64,000 nt of DNA, from assembly GCF_000143415.4 (NCBI RefSeq), contig NW_003314370.1, forward strand, positions 1 to 64,000, given 5' to 3'. The DNA comes from Selaginella moellendorffii (lineage: Eukaryota; Plantae; Lycopodiophyta). Within the stretch, counting starts at the first letter, position 1. Each line of letters opens with the position of its first letter. The notes under the pieces are model-generated. The model saw only the letters and a list, made by a program, of their open reading frames with translations, had not been told where the DNA came from and searched no databases. This document shows positions 1-12,279 of the stretch, piece after piece. The translations under genes were made by a program, and so were the position numbers.

Positions 1-667
1 TTCTTCGACCCAGCACTCGTGTTGCAAATGAGCTTGGAGCTGGAAATCACTTGGTCGCAAAATCAGCAGTGGGAGTACTTTGTGCATGGCGGCCTTGAAC
101 TCGATTCTGTCGGTGGTAGTGTTTCTAGCATTTCGGAAAAGCATCGGATGGGTCTACAGTAACGAAACGGACGTGGTCGAACACATTGCAAGCTTGCTCA
201 AGGTGGCCTTTCTCATCGCAGCTTGTGATCCCATCCAATGCGTGCTTGGAGGTAATTTATGCTTCCAAGTAATCCTCGCTTGTGATCAACCTTTTTACAT
301 ATAGGAGTCGTCAGAGGTTGCGGATGGCAAGCCGTGGGAGCTTTGGCAAATCTCACGGCTTTCTACGTTGTTGGCTTGCCGACAGCCGTGGTTCTTGGTT
401 TTGTTTTTAAGTTCTATGGGATGGTAAGACGACACAAACTTGTGATCCTTAATATTCGTGTTCTACATATATGTTCAGGGGTTGTGGATTGGAATAGCTT
501 GCGGAAACGCGACTCAGACGATAATCCTTTGCTTCCTCACATTTTTTATGAACTGGGAAAACCAGGTAAAATCATTCACACCTTTTGTTTCGAAAGCTTA
601 TGCAATTGTAGTGTAGGCGAAAAATGCACACGCTAGGATTTCCCGGTCGTCGTTGCTGGAGAAGTAG
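1..667 (+). CDS. MATE (DTX) efflux transporter, 3' exons only (5' part outside window)
   Basis: Exons encode [46 protein letters not shown] and GLWIGIACG, typical of the MATE C-terminal half. GT-AG introns; stop TAG at 665-667. Confidence 0.9.
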
Positions 668-933
668 TGAAAAATCTACCATTTATCTGTGTCTGTACGT
701 TTATTGTTATGTATTAAGTATGTATGTCATTATCGTTGATCAAGACCCATGTCCCTCTCATTTGGTCAAACAAGTTTTGCTAGTATTGGCAAAGCGTTTG
801 CATCAGCCACCACTTGACAAGAACAGACGATCTACTCGAGAGTTACGTCCAGCATATTCTCATGACAATTAAAATATTCTTGGTTTGCTTGTGAGATTGG
901 AGCCTTAGCTCTTGAATTAGAGCGCTTTCGGCC

Positions 934-1417
934 ATGGAGCTTGGCTCGGAGGAGTCCCATTCATCGACATTCTGCTTCAATGGCGAAGATCACACCTTGG
1001 GCAACTCGTTGCGATTCCTCCTCAACAAAGAGTTTGAATAGCCATGAAAGGAATGAATTCTTGATTCTGTTTTCTCTGTGTGCAGCCCTAGGGTGGTGTT
1101 CTGTGGCTACAGCGTCCCTCACCCGTCCGAGAACAAGGTGAATGTGAGAGTCCAAACAACAGGTAGATTGTTCCTCATGTTATAACCAAAGTTCTTGATC
1201 ACGAGAGTGATGCTTTTGATCATTTCAATGTTGAAAAGGTGCGCCAGCCAAGGAGGTTTTCAAGGATGCGTTGCTGGACATGGTGGCCATCTGCGAGCAT
1301 GTAAGCACCACCATGGACTCGGCCGTGGAGCGATTCAAGGCCAACGAGCAGCGTCCAGAGGTGAGCACGGGAACAGCAACGCACGCCTCCGGCTTGACTC
1401 ACCGATCGGGCAATTGA
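934..1417 (+). CDS. RPAC2: RNA polymerase I/III shared subunit AC19 (RPB11/RpoL-like)
   Basis: Spliced translation [59 protein letters not shown] contains the EDHTLGN and GYSVPHP motifs. Two short introns. The 3' end could use a further donor near 1361. Confidence 0.88.
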
Positions 1418-1461
1418 GTTAAAGTCCTCACGACCAAAGATGATAAGTTAGAATCTCTCAT

Positions 1462-1650
1462 CAAGGAAATAAGATCATTGGCTTCACAGATCGAAGGAAA
1501 TAAGATCATCTAGAAACATAACTTCGCAGATCATTAGAGCTCTCTCTCCCAGCTAGGAAATAAAATCATCTAGAAACATCATTAGAGCTTTTCGCGCAAG
1601 GACATTGGAAATATAACTTCACAGATCAGAGTTAAATAGAAACATAAAAG
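1462..1650. repeat. Mosaic short direct repeats downstream of RPAC2
   Basis: Recurring blocks AGGAAATAAGATCAT, CTAGAAACAT, ACTTCRCAGATC and CATTAGAGCT, 2-3 copies each. Confidence 0.6.
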
Positions 1651-1914
1651 GAACAAAACATTAAACTTTTGGTTTACTTTTTGCCTTTAGAAAAATTCCT
1701 GGGGTTTGACTGAAAGAGACGACGAAAAGTCAACGATGGTCAATTTCGATCCCTGGCAGAGCTCGCGCCTCGCATTACCTGCGCGCTGCTCGAATCGGCA
1801 GCCCAGGATCCATGCTTCTCACTAGTCGCGCTATTCTTCTTTCTTCTCTCGTCCATAAACCCTGCCAAGAACCCTAGGGTGGGAAATATCTCTCTCTCTC
1901 TCGGCGGGAGAGAA

Positions 1915-4900
1915 ATGCTGCGCAGGGGGCTGTGGAGCGCCACTGCCGATGGATTCTGCGGCTCCAGGGCGGCGGCGTTGTGGCGCTGGAGCAGGCATTT
2001 CGCCGTGGCCGCCGCCGCCTCCGCGGATTCGAATCCGGCGGAGCGAGTGACGAGCCCTTCTTTGATCCGGAATCTGGCTGTGATTGCGCACGTCGATCAC
2101 GGTAAGACGACTCTCATGGATAGGCTTCTCAGGCAGTGCGGGGCAATTGTCGCCAGAGATAGAACTTTGGATTCCATCACGCTCGAGAGGGAGCGTGGTA
2201 TCACAATTGCTTCCAAGGTATGCATTCGTTTTTTTTTTTTTTTTCCTTCTTGCGCTAAGAGTGTGCTCTTGGTAGTATACTTCTATGATCTGGGGAACCA
2301 GTTCTCTCAACATTGTTGATACTCCTGGTCACGCAGATTTTGGTGGAGAGGTATGAAAGTTTCTTCGTCGTTCCTGTTTAGAAATTTCTTGCTTCTTTTG
2401 ACAGGTTGAACGAGTTATTGGTATGGTTGATGGAGCTGTGCTCGTTGTCGATGCTGGCGAGGGGCCGCTTGCACAAACAAAGTTTGTGGTCGCCAAAGCT
2501 CTAAAATCGGGGATTCGCCCTATATTGCTGCTCAACAAAGTCGATCGTCCGTCAGGTATGTAGATACGACTCCTTGGAAAAATTGTGATGCTTTTGTTTT
2601 TTTCATTCTCTAGTTACGGAAGAAAGGTGCGGAGAAGTGGAAAGCATGGTTTTTGATCTCTTTGCAAACCTTGGTGCTACCGGTAAGCAGTAATTTTACC
2701 CAGCCTTCACTCGTTTAATTTTTCTTCTTCCTTGTTTTACAGAGGAGCAACTAGACTTTCCAGTTTTGTACGCTTCTGCCAAGGAGGGATGGGCTTCTTC
2801 TACGTTCACAAAGGCACCAGAAGGAGAACCCACTATGGCTCCGCTGCTCGATACAATTGTAAAATACGTTCCTCCACCAAAGTGTGATCTACATGCGCCA
2901 TTTCAAATGGTGGTAAGAGGCAGTGTAGTTTCAGATGTTTTCCTTTATTTCACAAGTAGCGCAGGTCACAATGATGGAGCATGATCCATATTTTGGCCGC
3001 ATATTGACTGGACGGATTTACTCAGGGACTGTGAAACCGGGTGACAGAGTCCATGGAATACGCAAAAAGGAAGACACTGATGTCAGCGAAACATTCAACG
3101 AAGGGAAAGTAAGTCCTTTGGTTTTAAAGAGCTGCGACTTACACTTTTACGAGCAGATTGTCAAGATTTTGAAAAAGAAAGGCGTTGCATCTGAAGTGGC
3201 CGACTGCGCTGGCGCGGGAGATATTGTTTCTATTGCGGGTCTTGCTCAACCATATATTGGGAATAGTGTGGCTTCAGTGGAGGTTAGTTGCTACTTTTTC
3301 TCGACAAGCTTTTTATACCAGTGCACGCACAATGCAGGTAAAGGAAGCTTTACCTTCGGTGAAAGTGGACCCGCCGACAATATCTATGACTTTCAGTGTT
3401 AATGATTCACCGCTTGCGGGGAAGGATGGAAAACAAGTAAGCTGCCAAGATTTGCTTGATTTGGTTGATACTAGCTTTTCATTGTTAGCTCACAGGAGCC
3501 AAGATTGGCGATCGTTTAAAGGCTGAAGAAGAATCCAATGTGTCCATTAAGGTTCTCAGATCAACCTCGAATGACGCTTATGAAGTACAGGGCAGAGGCG
3601 AGCTGCAACTCGGTAATTTACTTTTCTTTTTAAGAATGGTTTGATGAGACGTTTCCCGGTGCAGGAATTTTGATAGAAAACATGCGACGAGAAGGTTTTG
3701 AGCTATCTGTTTCGCCACCCGCAGTTCTGTAAGCGATACTTCGTTCTCGTTATATAAACGGTTCTTATCCTGTGTATTTCCTGCAGCTATAAGACTGAAA
3801 ACGGCCAAAAGCTAGAACCTATAGAAGAACTTCGAATCGAGGTATTTCAAATGTGGAACAGTGTTTATAGAGATTGACTTAAACCATCTCAGGTGAACGA
3901 TGAACATTCTGGAACAGTTATCGAGTCCCTTACTCACAGGCGTGCCGAACTTCTTGACATGTCGCCATGCCCCGAGTCTGTTGGTCGCACTACAATGACT
4001 TTCACTTGTCCATCAAGGTAAAGTATTTCAGATGGTTTGAGCTTTGACTAATTATTTGAAGTAAAATTATAAACAGAGGCTTGGTCGGCTATCGAAGCTC
4101 GTTTAGCACCATCACCCATGGCACAGGATTCATGCATCGGGCTTTCTTATGTCAGTGCCATATTCTTTTAACTCTTCTCCCTTCTGACTTTCTGTACCTG
4201 GCTTCCTGTAGCTTATGACAAATTTCGAGGTCCAGTTGGAAATGTTAGGCGAGGAGTTTTGGTAAGTCTTCTCGAAGTTTACCACGCGCTTTAATCAGCT
4301 TGTCTTTGTTTACACAGGTCTCCACTGCACAAGGAGTAATCACCGCGTATGCTCTAATGGGACTAGAGTCTCGAGGCACCATGTTTGTTCCACCGGGGGA
4401 CGAGGTAAGTTTTTAAACAAACTCGAGATTGACTTCCTTCTCTGGCAAAAACGCCCACAGGCATACGAAGGCATGATCGTAGGAGAACACTGTAGAGACG
4501 CGGACCTCGACGTAAATCACTGCACTCTTCTTCGAAAAATTTCCGCCGCTAACAGCCACTAAACTTGCAGGTGAATCCTGTGAAAGCGAAAGAGCTGACA
4601 AACATACGTGCTCCTGGGAAAGATGAAAACGTCAAGCTCACTCCCCCGAGACTGGTAACAAGAGCTTTGCGTTTGTTTCGGTAGAGATCACTTACACGCA
4701 AATTGTTTCGTTGGTCAGGTCACTCTGGAAGAAGCTATTGGATACGTTGCAGCGGACGAGCTGATTGAGGTAATTGCTTTATTGGAAAGGGAGAAAACCA
4801 ATCTTTATTCTTTTTTGCATTTTTTTTTCTAGGTGACTCCCAAAGCAATCCGGCTTCGTAAAAAGTATCTGGACAGTACAAAGAGAAAGGCGGCGGCACG

Positions 4901-4916
4901 GAAGCTGTCCTCGTGA
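1915..4916 (+). CDS. TypA/BipA translational GTPase, probably mitochondrial
   Basis: Motifs [75 protein letters not shown] and [17 protein letters not shown]-rich presequence; many short introns; TGA at 4914-4916. Confidence 0.93.
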
Positions 4917-5189
4917 GAAGCGTCATCACAGTATATAAAATTTTTTTAGCGCTGTGGACAAATTTTGCGCGGGAGATTTTCAAATAACTTAAACGAGTTT
5001 GAGTTTTTATGTTAACCTAGATTGGCGGTTAAGAGACCCGAAGTGGAACAAATTTTTCTCGACATGGGCGATGGATTTGGTGGCGATCGATGGCACAGAA
5101 TTTTGATTCGCGAGGCAGAGAGGTGAGGACGATTCCATGGCAAATCTTCCAGGAGGGGCCCAGACGCTGGCAGCCTGAGACTTCCAAGA

Positions 5190-6979
5190 ATGTTGGGAGT
5201 TGGAACTCACAGGGATGAGACGACGAGAAGGCCGTACTTACCCACGCATTTGTACCACAGCAGCGCTTTCTCTTCCCTGAGACCCTCCGCAAGCTCGGAC
5301 TTGCTGTCGCCTTCTCCGCCATCGTCCAGTCCCACTCGGCTCTCCTCATGGCGGAAATCTTTGTCCGGGATTTTCTCGCCACCGAGAAGCATAAGAGCGA
5401 TGCTGCGTCCTGGCGGGGAGAGAAAGAACGCACCACCGGTGTCAGCGGATGGACAAAGAGGAGGATTCTTCATACCTGCGGCGAGCGAGCCGGGGAAGAT
5501 CCCACTCTACTCGGCCGAGTTTTACGCTGCTTGCACCGCCGGAGGGATTCTAAGTTGCGGCCTCACCCACACTTTCGTGACGCCTTTGGACATCGTCAAG
5601 TGTAACATGCAGGTACGAGCCTGAAAAGAAGAGTTAAAACAACGAATGGAGAAACTAAAAAAAATAAAATTTCAAAACCACTTACAGATTGATCCGAAGA
5701 AGTATAAGAGCATAGGGACCGGATTCTCCATCATCAAACAGGAGCAAGGTCCCAAGGGCCTGTTCAAAGGCTGGGGGCCGACTCTCATCGGCTACAGCGC
5801 ACAGGGAGCCTGCAAGTTCGGGCTGTACGAGTTTTTCAAAAAGTTTTACGCTGACATGGTTGGAGAGGAAGTCGCCCACGACTACAAGACATTCGTCTAC
5901 CTGGCCGGCTCAGCATCCGCGGAGTTTTTCGCCGATATCGCTCTGTGCCCGTTCGAAGCGATCAAGGTCCGTGTGCAGACCAAGCCCGGCTTTGCTAACG
6001 GACTGAGGGATGGGTTTTCGAAGTTTGTCGCACAAGAAGGATACGGCGGGTACATTCTTGCGGCTTCCAACTAAACATTAAAAGCAAAGTCACAACACAC
6101 CTTAAAATGATAATATAAAGTTGCGACTAACCTCGTGAGTGTCCTTTGAATGTATCGCAGGTTGTACAAGGGACTTGCGCCACTGTGGGGTCGACAAATT
6201 CCCTGTAATGATCCATTCCTTCCACCTGCTGAGTTGGATCCTGACCATAACTTATTTCCCCTTTATCTCCTCGCAGACACGATGATGAAGTTTGCTTGCT
6301 TCGAAGGCACGGTGGAGGCCCTCTACAAGTACGTCGTCCCGGTACCAAAGGAGAAATGCTCCAAGCTCACGCAACTGGAAGTTAGCTTCGCAGCCGGATA
6401 CATTGCTGGTATTTTCTGTGCAGTAGTTTCCCATCCGGCAGACAATCTCGTCTCCTTCCTCAACAGCACCAAAGGCGGAACAGTCGGCGACGTAAGTCAG
6501 CTTATCCTAAATAATCCTGTCGCTAGAAAATCCTTCTAAACACCTGTTGCTGCTGCTGGTACTAACACCTGTGGTATAAAACCACCAATCATTCTTATCA
6601 CGTTGCTCGCTTGCAGGCTATTAAAAAGATGGGACTCGTTGGCTTGATGACCAGAGGTCTCCCTCTCCGGATTGTCATGGTCGGGACGCTGACAGGAGCA
6701 CAATGGGGGATCTACGACGCCTTCAAAGTTTTTGTTGGATTGTAAGTTCCCTGATCCCTGCTGAACTGAGCTTTGCTGAGCCTTGAATTTTCTTCGAGCC
6801 TGCCTGCCCCCCTGCCTGTCTGCCTGTTTTCTTCATCCCTTTACTATACACTACATCCCATTGATTTGATAGTCTCATGATCACAACCTTCTTCCTTTTG
6901 CAGGCCTACAACAGGTGGTGCAGCACCGACAGCACCGTCACCACCTAAGCAGCAAGATAATGAGAAAGGTCGCAAATAA
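5190..6979 (+). CDS. Mitochondrial phosphate carrier (PHT3/MPT family)
   Basis: Motifs [66 protein letters not shown] and [17 protein letters not shown]. Ends PTTGG...GRK then TAA at 6977-6979. Confidence 0.95.
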
Positions 6980-7915
6980 AAAAGATATGTTTTGTTTTGA
7001 GTACCTTGAGAATTTGTTCCATCCCATCCAGCAAGAACAGCAACACCGGCACATCCGAGTCCTAAAGGAAAAGTACTGGTAAGTAGCGCCAGGACAAATT
7101 GTTCCACAAATCTTTCCTTTCGAGCCCATTCTTTCTCTGCCCTGTGCTTGCTGATGCTCCCTACTTTTGCATTCCGGGAGACTGTTGTACGGAGCTTCCA
7201 AGATAAAGGTGAGAAAACGTTTCCTCGAGACCATTAAGTCGTCGTGATGTGAACATGCTGCTGCAATCAGAATCCTGAAAGGCTGGTCCCAGTACACATT
7301 TGTCTGCTTATTGCAGCATAAAATATGTGTCGCGGTCTCTCGCCACTACTAGTTATCTTACATCCTGGCAACTGGAAAGAAAAGTAAAGCTCACTCACGC
7401 ACCTTGGATTCTCGTCATTAAGCCCGTTGCCTTGCGCCCACAATGCATGCCTCTTTTCATGTGTGCTGTCCAGTAGAAGCGCAACTTAAAAGTAGCGAGA
7501 GTCCTTAAAATACTCTTTTAAGACACTGCAAGCACTATCAAGTCGTTAAAGAAAGGAGAAAGTATCAAAGTAATGCACCGAACCGAAATAATTGAGCGAC
7601 CTCTCTTTTGGTTACCTGGAAACCAGTAACTTCACCTCTTTTTCTTTCACTGAAATATATCTCAAAATCTTCGATGCTTTGCGTGCCTGCCTCTCGCTTC
7701 TTAAAACCAAGCAAAGAAACGTGATGGCGGCAGCCAGTAGCACTGAAGTAACGACCCTCTTTCACCGTGACGACGATGGACCGAGCTTAAAAAAAAAGTT
7801 GCTGCTAAATCCTTTTATTCCCGTGTGGATGAGATGACGATGACGAAGATGACGATGATAATTGCTGCGGTACCTCTCCTCCAAAGAATGGTATGAACAG
7901 AGATGGCATCTCGTC

Positions 7916-10018
7916 CTAAGTCTCCAAAATATTACACCGCCTAATGAACTCGTTCGAGTAGTTTACATACTTCGTCCAAAACGGCCTTAGCACTGAGAAC
8001 CCGATGTCCAGCCACGGCTTTGCTTGCCCGTTGTAGTGAATCACAGCGGCCTTTTGAACGCTGTCCAGGTTGCTCTTGACATGGTAACCCAGGCCCAACA
8101 TATGCCATTGGGAGTCTATAGGATATACGTAGCCATCGAAAGCAATCAGTGCCGGAGGCAAAGTACCTAGTCTCCATAGTGTCAAGTTAGAGTTGAGATT
8201 CTATAAACAACGTCAGACAGCATGCGTTAGAGAAGAAAAAAACAAAAAACAAACTGTAATGGCAAGACAAACGAACCTGCTTTTGCCAGTAGTGATATGT
8301 CTTGGTTATGTCCGTTCTCCTCCAAGCTTGCAAATCAAATACGTTCATCCCATACGCCCAGGCGCATTTTTCCGGGTCAAAGTGATTTGCTATGAGAGGA
8401 TGCGAGAAGTTGAAGTAAGTCTTGAACCTCTTGGACATAACATACGGGTCCTCCCCTCGGCAGGTTTCTACGGCTCCATTAACTCTGCCATTGAGATCGA
8501 TTCCAAATAATGGAGACAAGTCCTTCTGAGCCACGACATCGTCGTCTAAGAACACGACTTTGTCAAGCTCAGGAAACAGCTGCCGAGAACAAAAGAAGAA
8601 ACCGGTCAATAAATGATCTCAATTTCGCAGCAAAAGCTTACCTCTGGAAGATATATCCTCAGGTGGTTCAAGATGGAGATATACTTGGGACTTCGAGCCT
8701 GCAGCCGCGATGCTAAAATGGTCGGAGAAACATTTAAGTCGGCACCAGCAGTATGATCCCCGTGGTAGTATCTGCGAATGTCGCTATGATTCTCCATAGC
8801 CTCCAGAACCGGAATGTTGTCCTTGGTGAGCCACTCGAACTGATGCAAGCTCTTCACTTCGACGATCGCAGGAGGCAGCGGATTCAAAGCGAACCACGCA
8901 TGCATCGCAGCATACGTCTTCTTGTCAGTCACAACGTGGAACACCACCTTCTGAGGCTGCGCGCTGTTTCGAATGACCGACGATACAACCACAGAGGCCG
9001 CGAGCACATTGTCCGTGGCCAGGACAAAGTGGTGGAAAGAATGATCGGTCAGTCTGTACGTAAGCTCGGGCGATGGCAGCTCTCTTCTGGCATTAGCATT
9101 GGACGAGTACTCGGCAGTAAGTTTTAACGCAAGACAGTGCATACTCTTTGGAATCCCGCTAGAAGCAAAATGCCTGTATACTGCTTCTTGCAGCTTAGCA
9201 GTTCTCGTTCGTTGCTCTTGAAGTTCCAACTGTGTGAGGCAGAACAAAGACATGAAGAACTTCTAGAGGAAAATCATGGACAAAGAACTTACCATAGCCT
9301 TGAGCTTTAGAATGCACGTCTTGCCATCGTAGCGATTCGCCTCCACCTCGGCCACAAACTCACTAAAACTCTCTGGCACGTTTTCGCCCGCGGGGAGATC
9401 CGACTTTGACGCTTGCATGACGATGGAGTGGACATGTCTGGATTGCCTCTGCCCACATAGAAAAAAATCCCGTTACTACGCGTCTCTACTGTTTGACCAC
9501 GGCCGAGCGGCCGCGAATAATAAAAAGAAGAGTGCTCGACAAGAACTCACCGTGGGATCGCTCCTCCAATGAAGCTTGGGTCCTATTTTCCTCCCTAAGC
9601 AATCTGCAAAACCAAGATCCAAGCGTTGCCAATCAGTCGATCGAAAGATCCAAGCGTTGCGCCGGGAAAGAGCCAATCCATCGCAGCACCACGCGTTTTC
9701 TATAGCTAATTGGAAATATAGAAAGAGAGAGAGAGAGAGAGAGAGAAAAGAGAGAAAGAAAAAGGGAGAACGATGGATTGGCGCAAGAAAAGGATCGAGG
9801 AGCTTACACATTGACGAGCACTTGTTGACCTCCTCGAGCGTGATGAGCGCCGTGGTAATGAAGATGAAAGGCAGCAAAAAGGCAAGGAACAGAATCGACC
9901 AGAAGAGGCATCGATGCGAGAGGTAGCGCGCCGCGACCTTGATCTTCAAGGGATCCAGGAAGCCATTCGATGTAGAAATCGTGATGCGCCGCATACTAGG
10001 CGAGATGTGGACCTGCAT
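7916..10018 (-). CDS. Galacturonosyltransferase, GT8 family, GAUT12-15 clade (GAUT13/14-like)
   Basis: N-terminus MQVHISPSMRRITIS plus TM helix; [51 protein letters not shown] and HYNGQAKPW. Confidence 0.93.
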
Positions 10019-10587
10019 TTTGGCTGATCTATGGCGCCGCCCGCGTAGAAATCCCTGTGATCTGCCGCTACGCCTAGCTACTGGCATTGCCACTCCCGGC
10101 GCGGTGTGGCGCCATTGCCGATCATCAGCGCCATTGCCTCTCTCTCTCTCGGCTCTCTCGCGTGTGTGTATATTTGCCCCCCTCCCTTTGCCAGCTATTA
10201 TTTCCAAGGGGATTTCCCTTGGGGAAGATGCTGATGTGGCAGGGAAAAACCCTCCGTGGCACCCTTTGTCCGGGGAAAATCCCTCAAACCACCGGGAAGC
10301 TTCGCATCAATCCCTTTGTGATAAAAACAGATATGACATGCTGTTCGTATTTTTATCGCTTTTCCCCCGCCCATGTCATTACCTGAGCTCGTCTATTTCT
10401 TACGTAATCGGACAGGAGTCGATCCGGTGTCCTGTCTCTATTCTTACTTGAAAATGGACAGACATATTGGCTTATACGTGAAGGAAGGAACACGTAAGTG
10501 GGAAAGAGCGCGCTGTCCACGTGGAGACGCGGTTCGGTGCCACGTTGTCAGTATTGACAATGAGGATGCCACGTCTTCCTTATCTCG

Positions 10588-12279
10588 CTAATTCCTGAGG
10601 GAGCTCGACAGGAGGACGTGGGAGCTGGAGTTGCGCGGATCAATCTCCAGCAATCTCCTGGCCGCCCGTGTCGCTCGCGGCAGATCTCGCTGCGTCTGGC
10701 ACGAGCCCAGGATCGCGACCAGGGAGACTCCGCCGGGCACGAACGGCATTGTGTCGATCAGCTCCGCCGCCGCATCGATCTGGCCCGCGCGTCCCAGGAG
10801 ATCCACCATCGAGGTGTAGTGTTCCTTGCAAGCCGCCAGGCCGCCGCCGTGATCGACCAGCATCGACGCGAAGTAGCTGCGCCCGAGATCCAGCAGCCCT
10901 AGGTGGGCGCACGCCGCGAGCGCGATCATGAAGGAGATCTCGTCCGGCTCGACCGATTCCACGATCATCTCGTGAAAGAGCTCGATCGCAAGGCGTGCGT
11001 GGCCGGATTGGGCGGCGGCGGCGATCAACGCGTTCCAGGTGACAAGATTCCGCCCCGGAATGCGCTGGAAGAAAGATTCCGAAATGTTGAAGTGACCGTA
11101 CTGGGCGTACGACGCCATCATAGCCGTCCACGACACCACATTCGTCTCCGGGCAGCTGCGCATCATCATCCTGGCTGTCCAAAGGTCCCCCTGGAAGGCA
11201 TATCCCGCCGCCATGGCATTCCACGCCACGACGTTGTAGAGAGGCATGGAATCGAACACTCGACGTGCCGCGTCCACATGTCCGGCCTGGGAGTATGCCA
11301 CCAGCATGGCCGTACACGACACCACGTTTCTCTCAGGCATGGTGTCGTACACGGCCTTGGCGCCGTCGATGTTGCCGCATTCCGCGTGCGCGTGGATCAT
11401 CGCCGTCCACGAAACAATGTTGTGGTCGGGCATATTCCGGAATGTCCTTGTAGCGCCATCCAAATCCCGCCCGTGGATGTGAGCTATGATCAATGCCGTC
11501 CATGCAAAAGAGTTTCTCTCGGGCATTTTGGAGAAATAATTTAGAGATTCTTGGATATTCCCGTTCTCTCCAAATGCCTGTACCATGGCCGTCCATGTCA
11601 CAATGCTGTGTTGCGGCATATCTCGAAAGAGCTTAGAAGCGCTATCCAGATTTCCTTTGATGGCATTTGCAGTGATCATAATAGTCCAGCAATAAACATC
11701 CTTTTGGGGAACGTTTTCAAACACCAGTTGAGCTTGTTCTAAAACTCCTCGCTCTGCATAAGCGTTGATAAGCACATTCCATGACACAGCAGTATGTTCT
11801 GGCATCTTTTCAAAAAGAATCTGCGCATCCTCAAGATGCCCTTGTTGGGTAAATGCAGTCAGCATTGCATTCCATGAGACTACGTTTCTTTCGGGCATTG
11901 TCTCAAAGACTTCCTTGGCTGAGTCAAGAAAGCCTGCACTAGCAAATGCCGAAAGGACTGTAGTAAAGGAAACAATGTTTCTTTCGGGCATTTGATCAAA
12001 CACAGATTTTGTTTCTTCAAGATACCCATTTTGAGCATATGCCGCAAGGACAATGTTCCAGGATAATATGCTAGGTCGGTGTAGGGTCTTGAAAATGCAA
12101 TATACCTCGCCAAGGCATCCCAAGCTACCATAGATTTGAATTAGAAGATTTGCTATGCGAGAGTCTCTACATAAAACATGGGATTCTCCAATACGAGAGT
12201 GAAGTTGTTTTACTTGTTGAAAGCTTGTAGACTCTGATGACTTGAGTGCTTCTAAACACTCAATAATCTCTTTTTTCAT
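10588..12279 (-). CDS. PLS-class pentatricopeptide repeat protein (tandem 31-aa S/SS-type repeats, ending within the E region)
   Basis: Intronless 563-aa ORF with about ten 31-aa MPERNxVSWxxM repeats, then P2-L2-S2 (EPDEISF..ACAHLG, EHYTSMVDLLGRAG) and a partial E motif. No DYW domain. Confidence 0.92.
   Translation of the reverse strand: MKKEIIECLEALKSSESTSFQQVKQLHSRIGESHVLCRDSRIANLLIQIYGSLGCLGEVYCIFKTLHRPSILSWNIVLAAYAQNGYLEETKSVFDQMPERNIVSFTTVLSAFASAGFLDSAKEVFETMPERNVVSWNAMLTAFTQQGHLEDAQILFEKMPEHTAVSWNVLINAYAERGVLEQAQLVFENVPQKDVYCWTIMITANAIKGNLDSASKLFRDMPQHSIVTWTAMVQAFGENGNIQESLNYFSKMPERNSFAWTALIIAHIHGRDLDGATRTFRNMPDHNIVSWTAMIHAHAECGNIDGAKAVYDTMPERNVVSCTAMLVAYSQAGHVDAARRVFDSMPLYNVVAWNAMAAGYAFQGDLWTARMMMRSCPETNVVSWTAMMASYAQYGHFNISESFFQRIPGRNLVTWNALIAAAAQSGHARLAIELFHEMIVESVEPDEISFMIALAACAHLGLLDLGRSYFASMLVDHGGGLAACKEHYTSMVDLLGRAGQIDAAAELIDTMPFVPGGVSLVAILGSCQTQRDLPRATRAARRLLEIDPRNSSSHVLLSSSLRN

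Noticed and set aside
9476-10207. 63-aa N-terminal extension of GAUT from the ORF track
   Set aside because: Family homology begins at MQVHISPS (10018); the upstream part spans GA-repeat leader or promoter sequence.
10618-11742. Long plus-strand and alternate-frame ORFs over the PPR gene
   Set aside because: Shadow ORFs caused by high GC and repeat periodicity; no recognisable protein.
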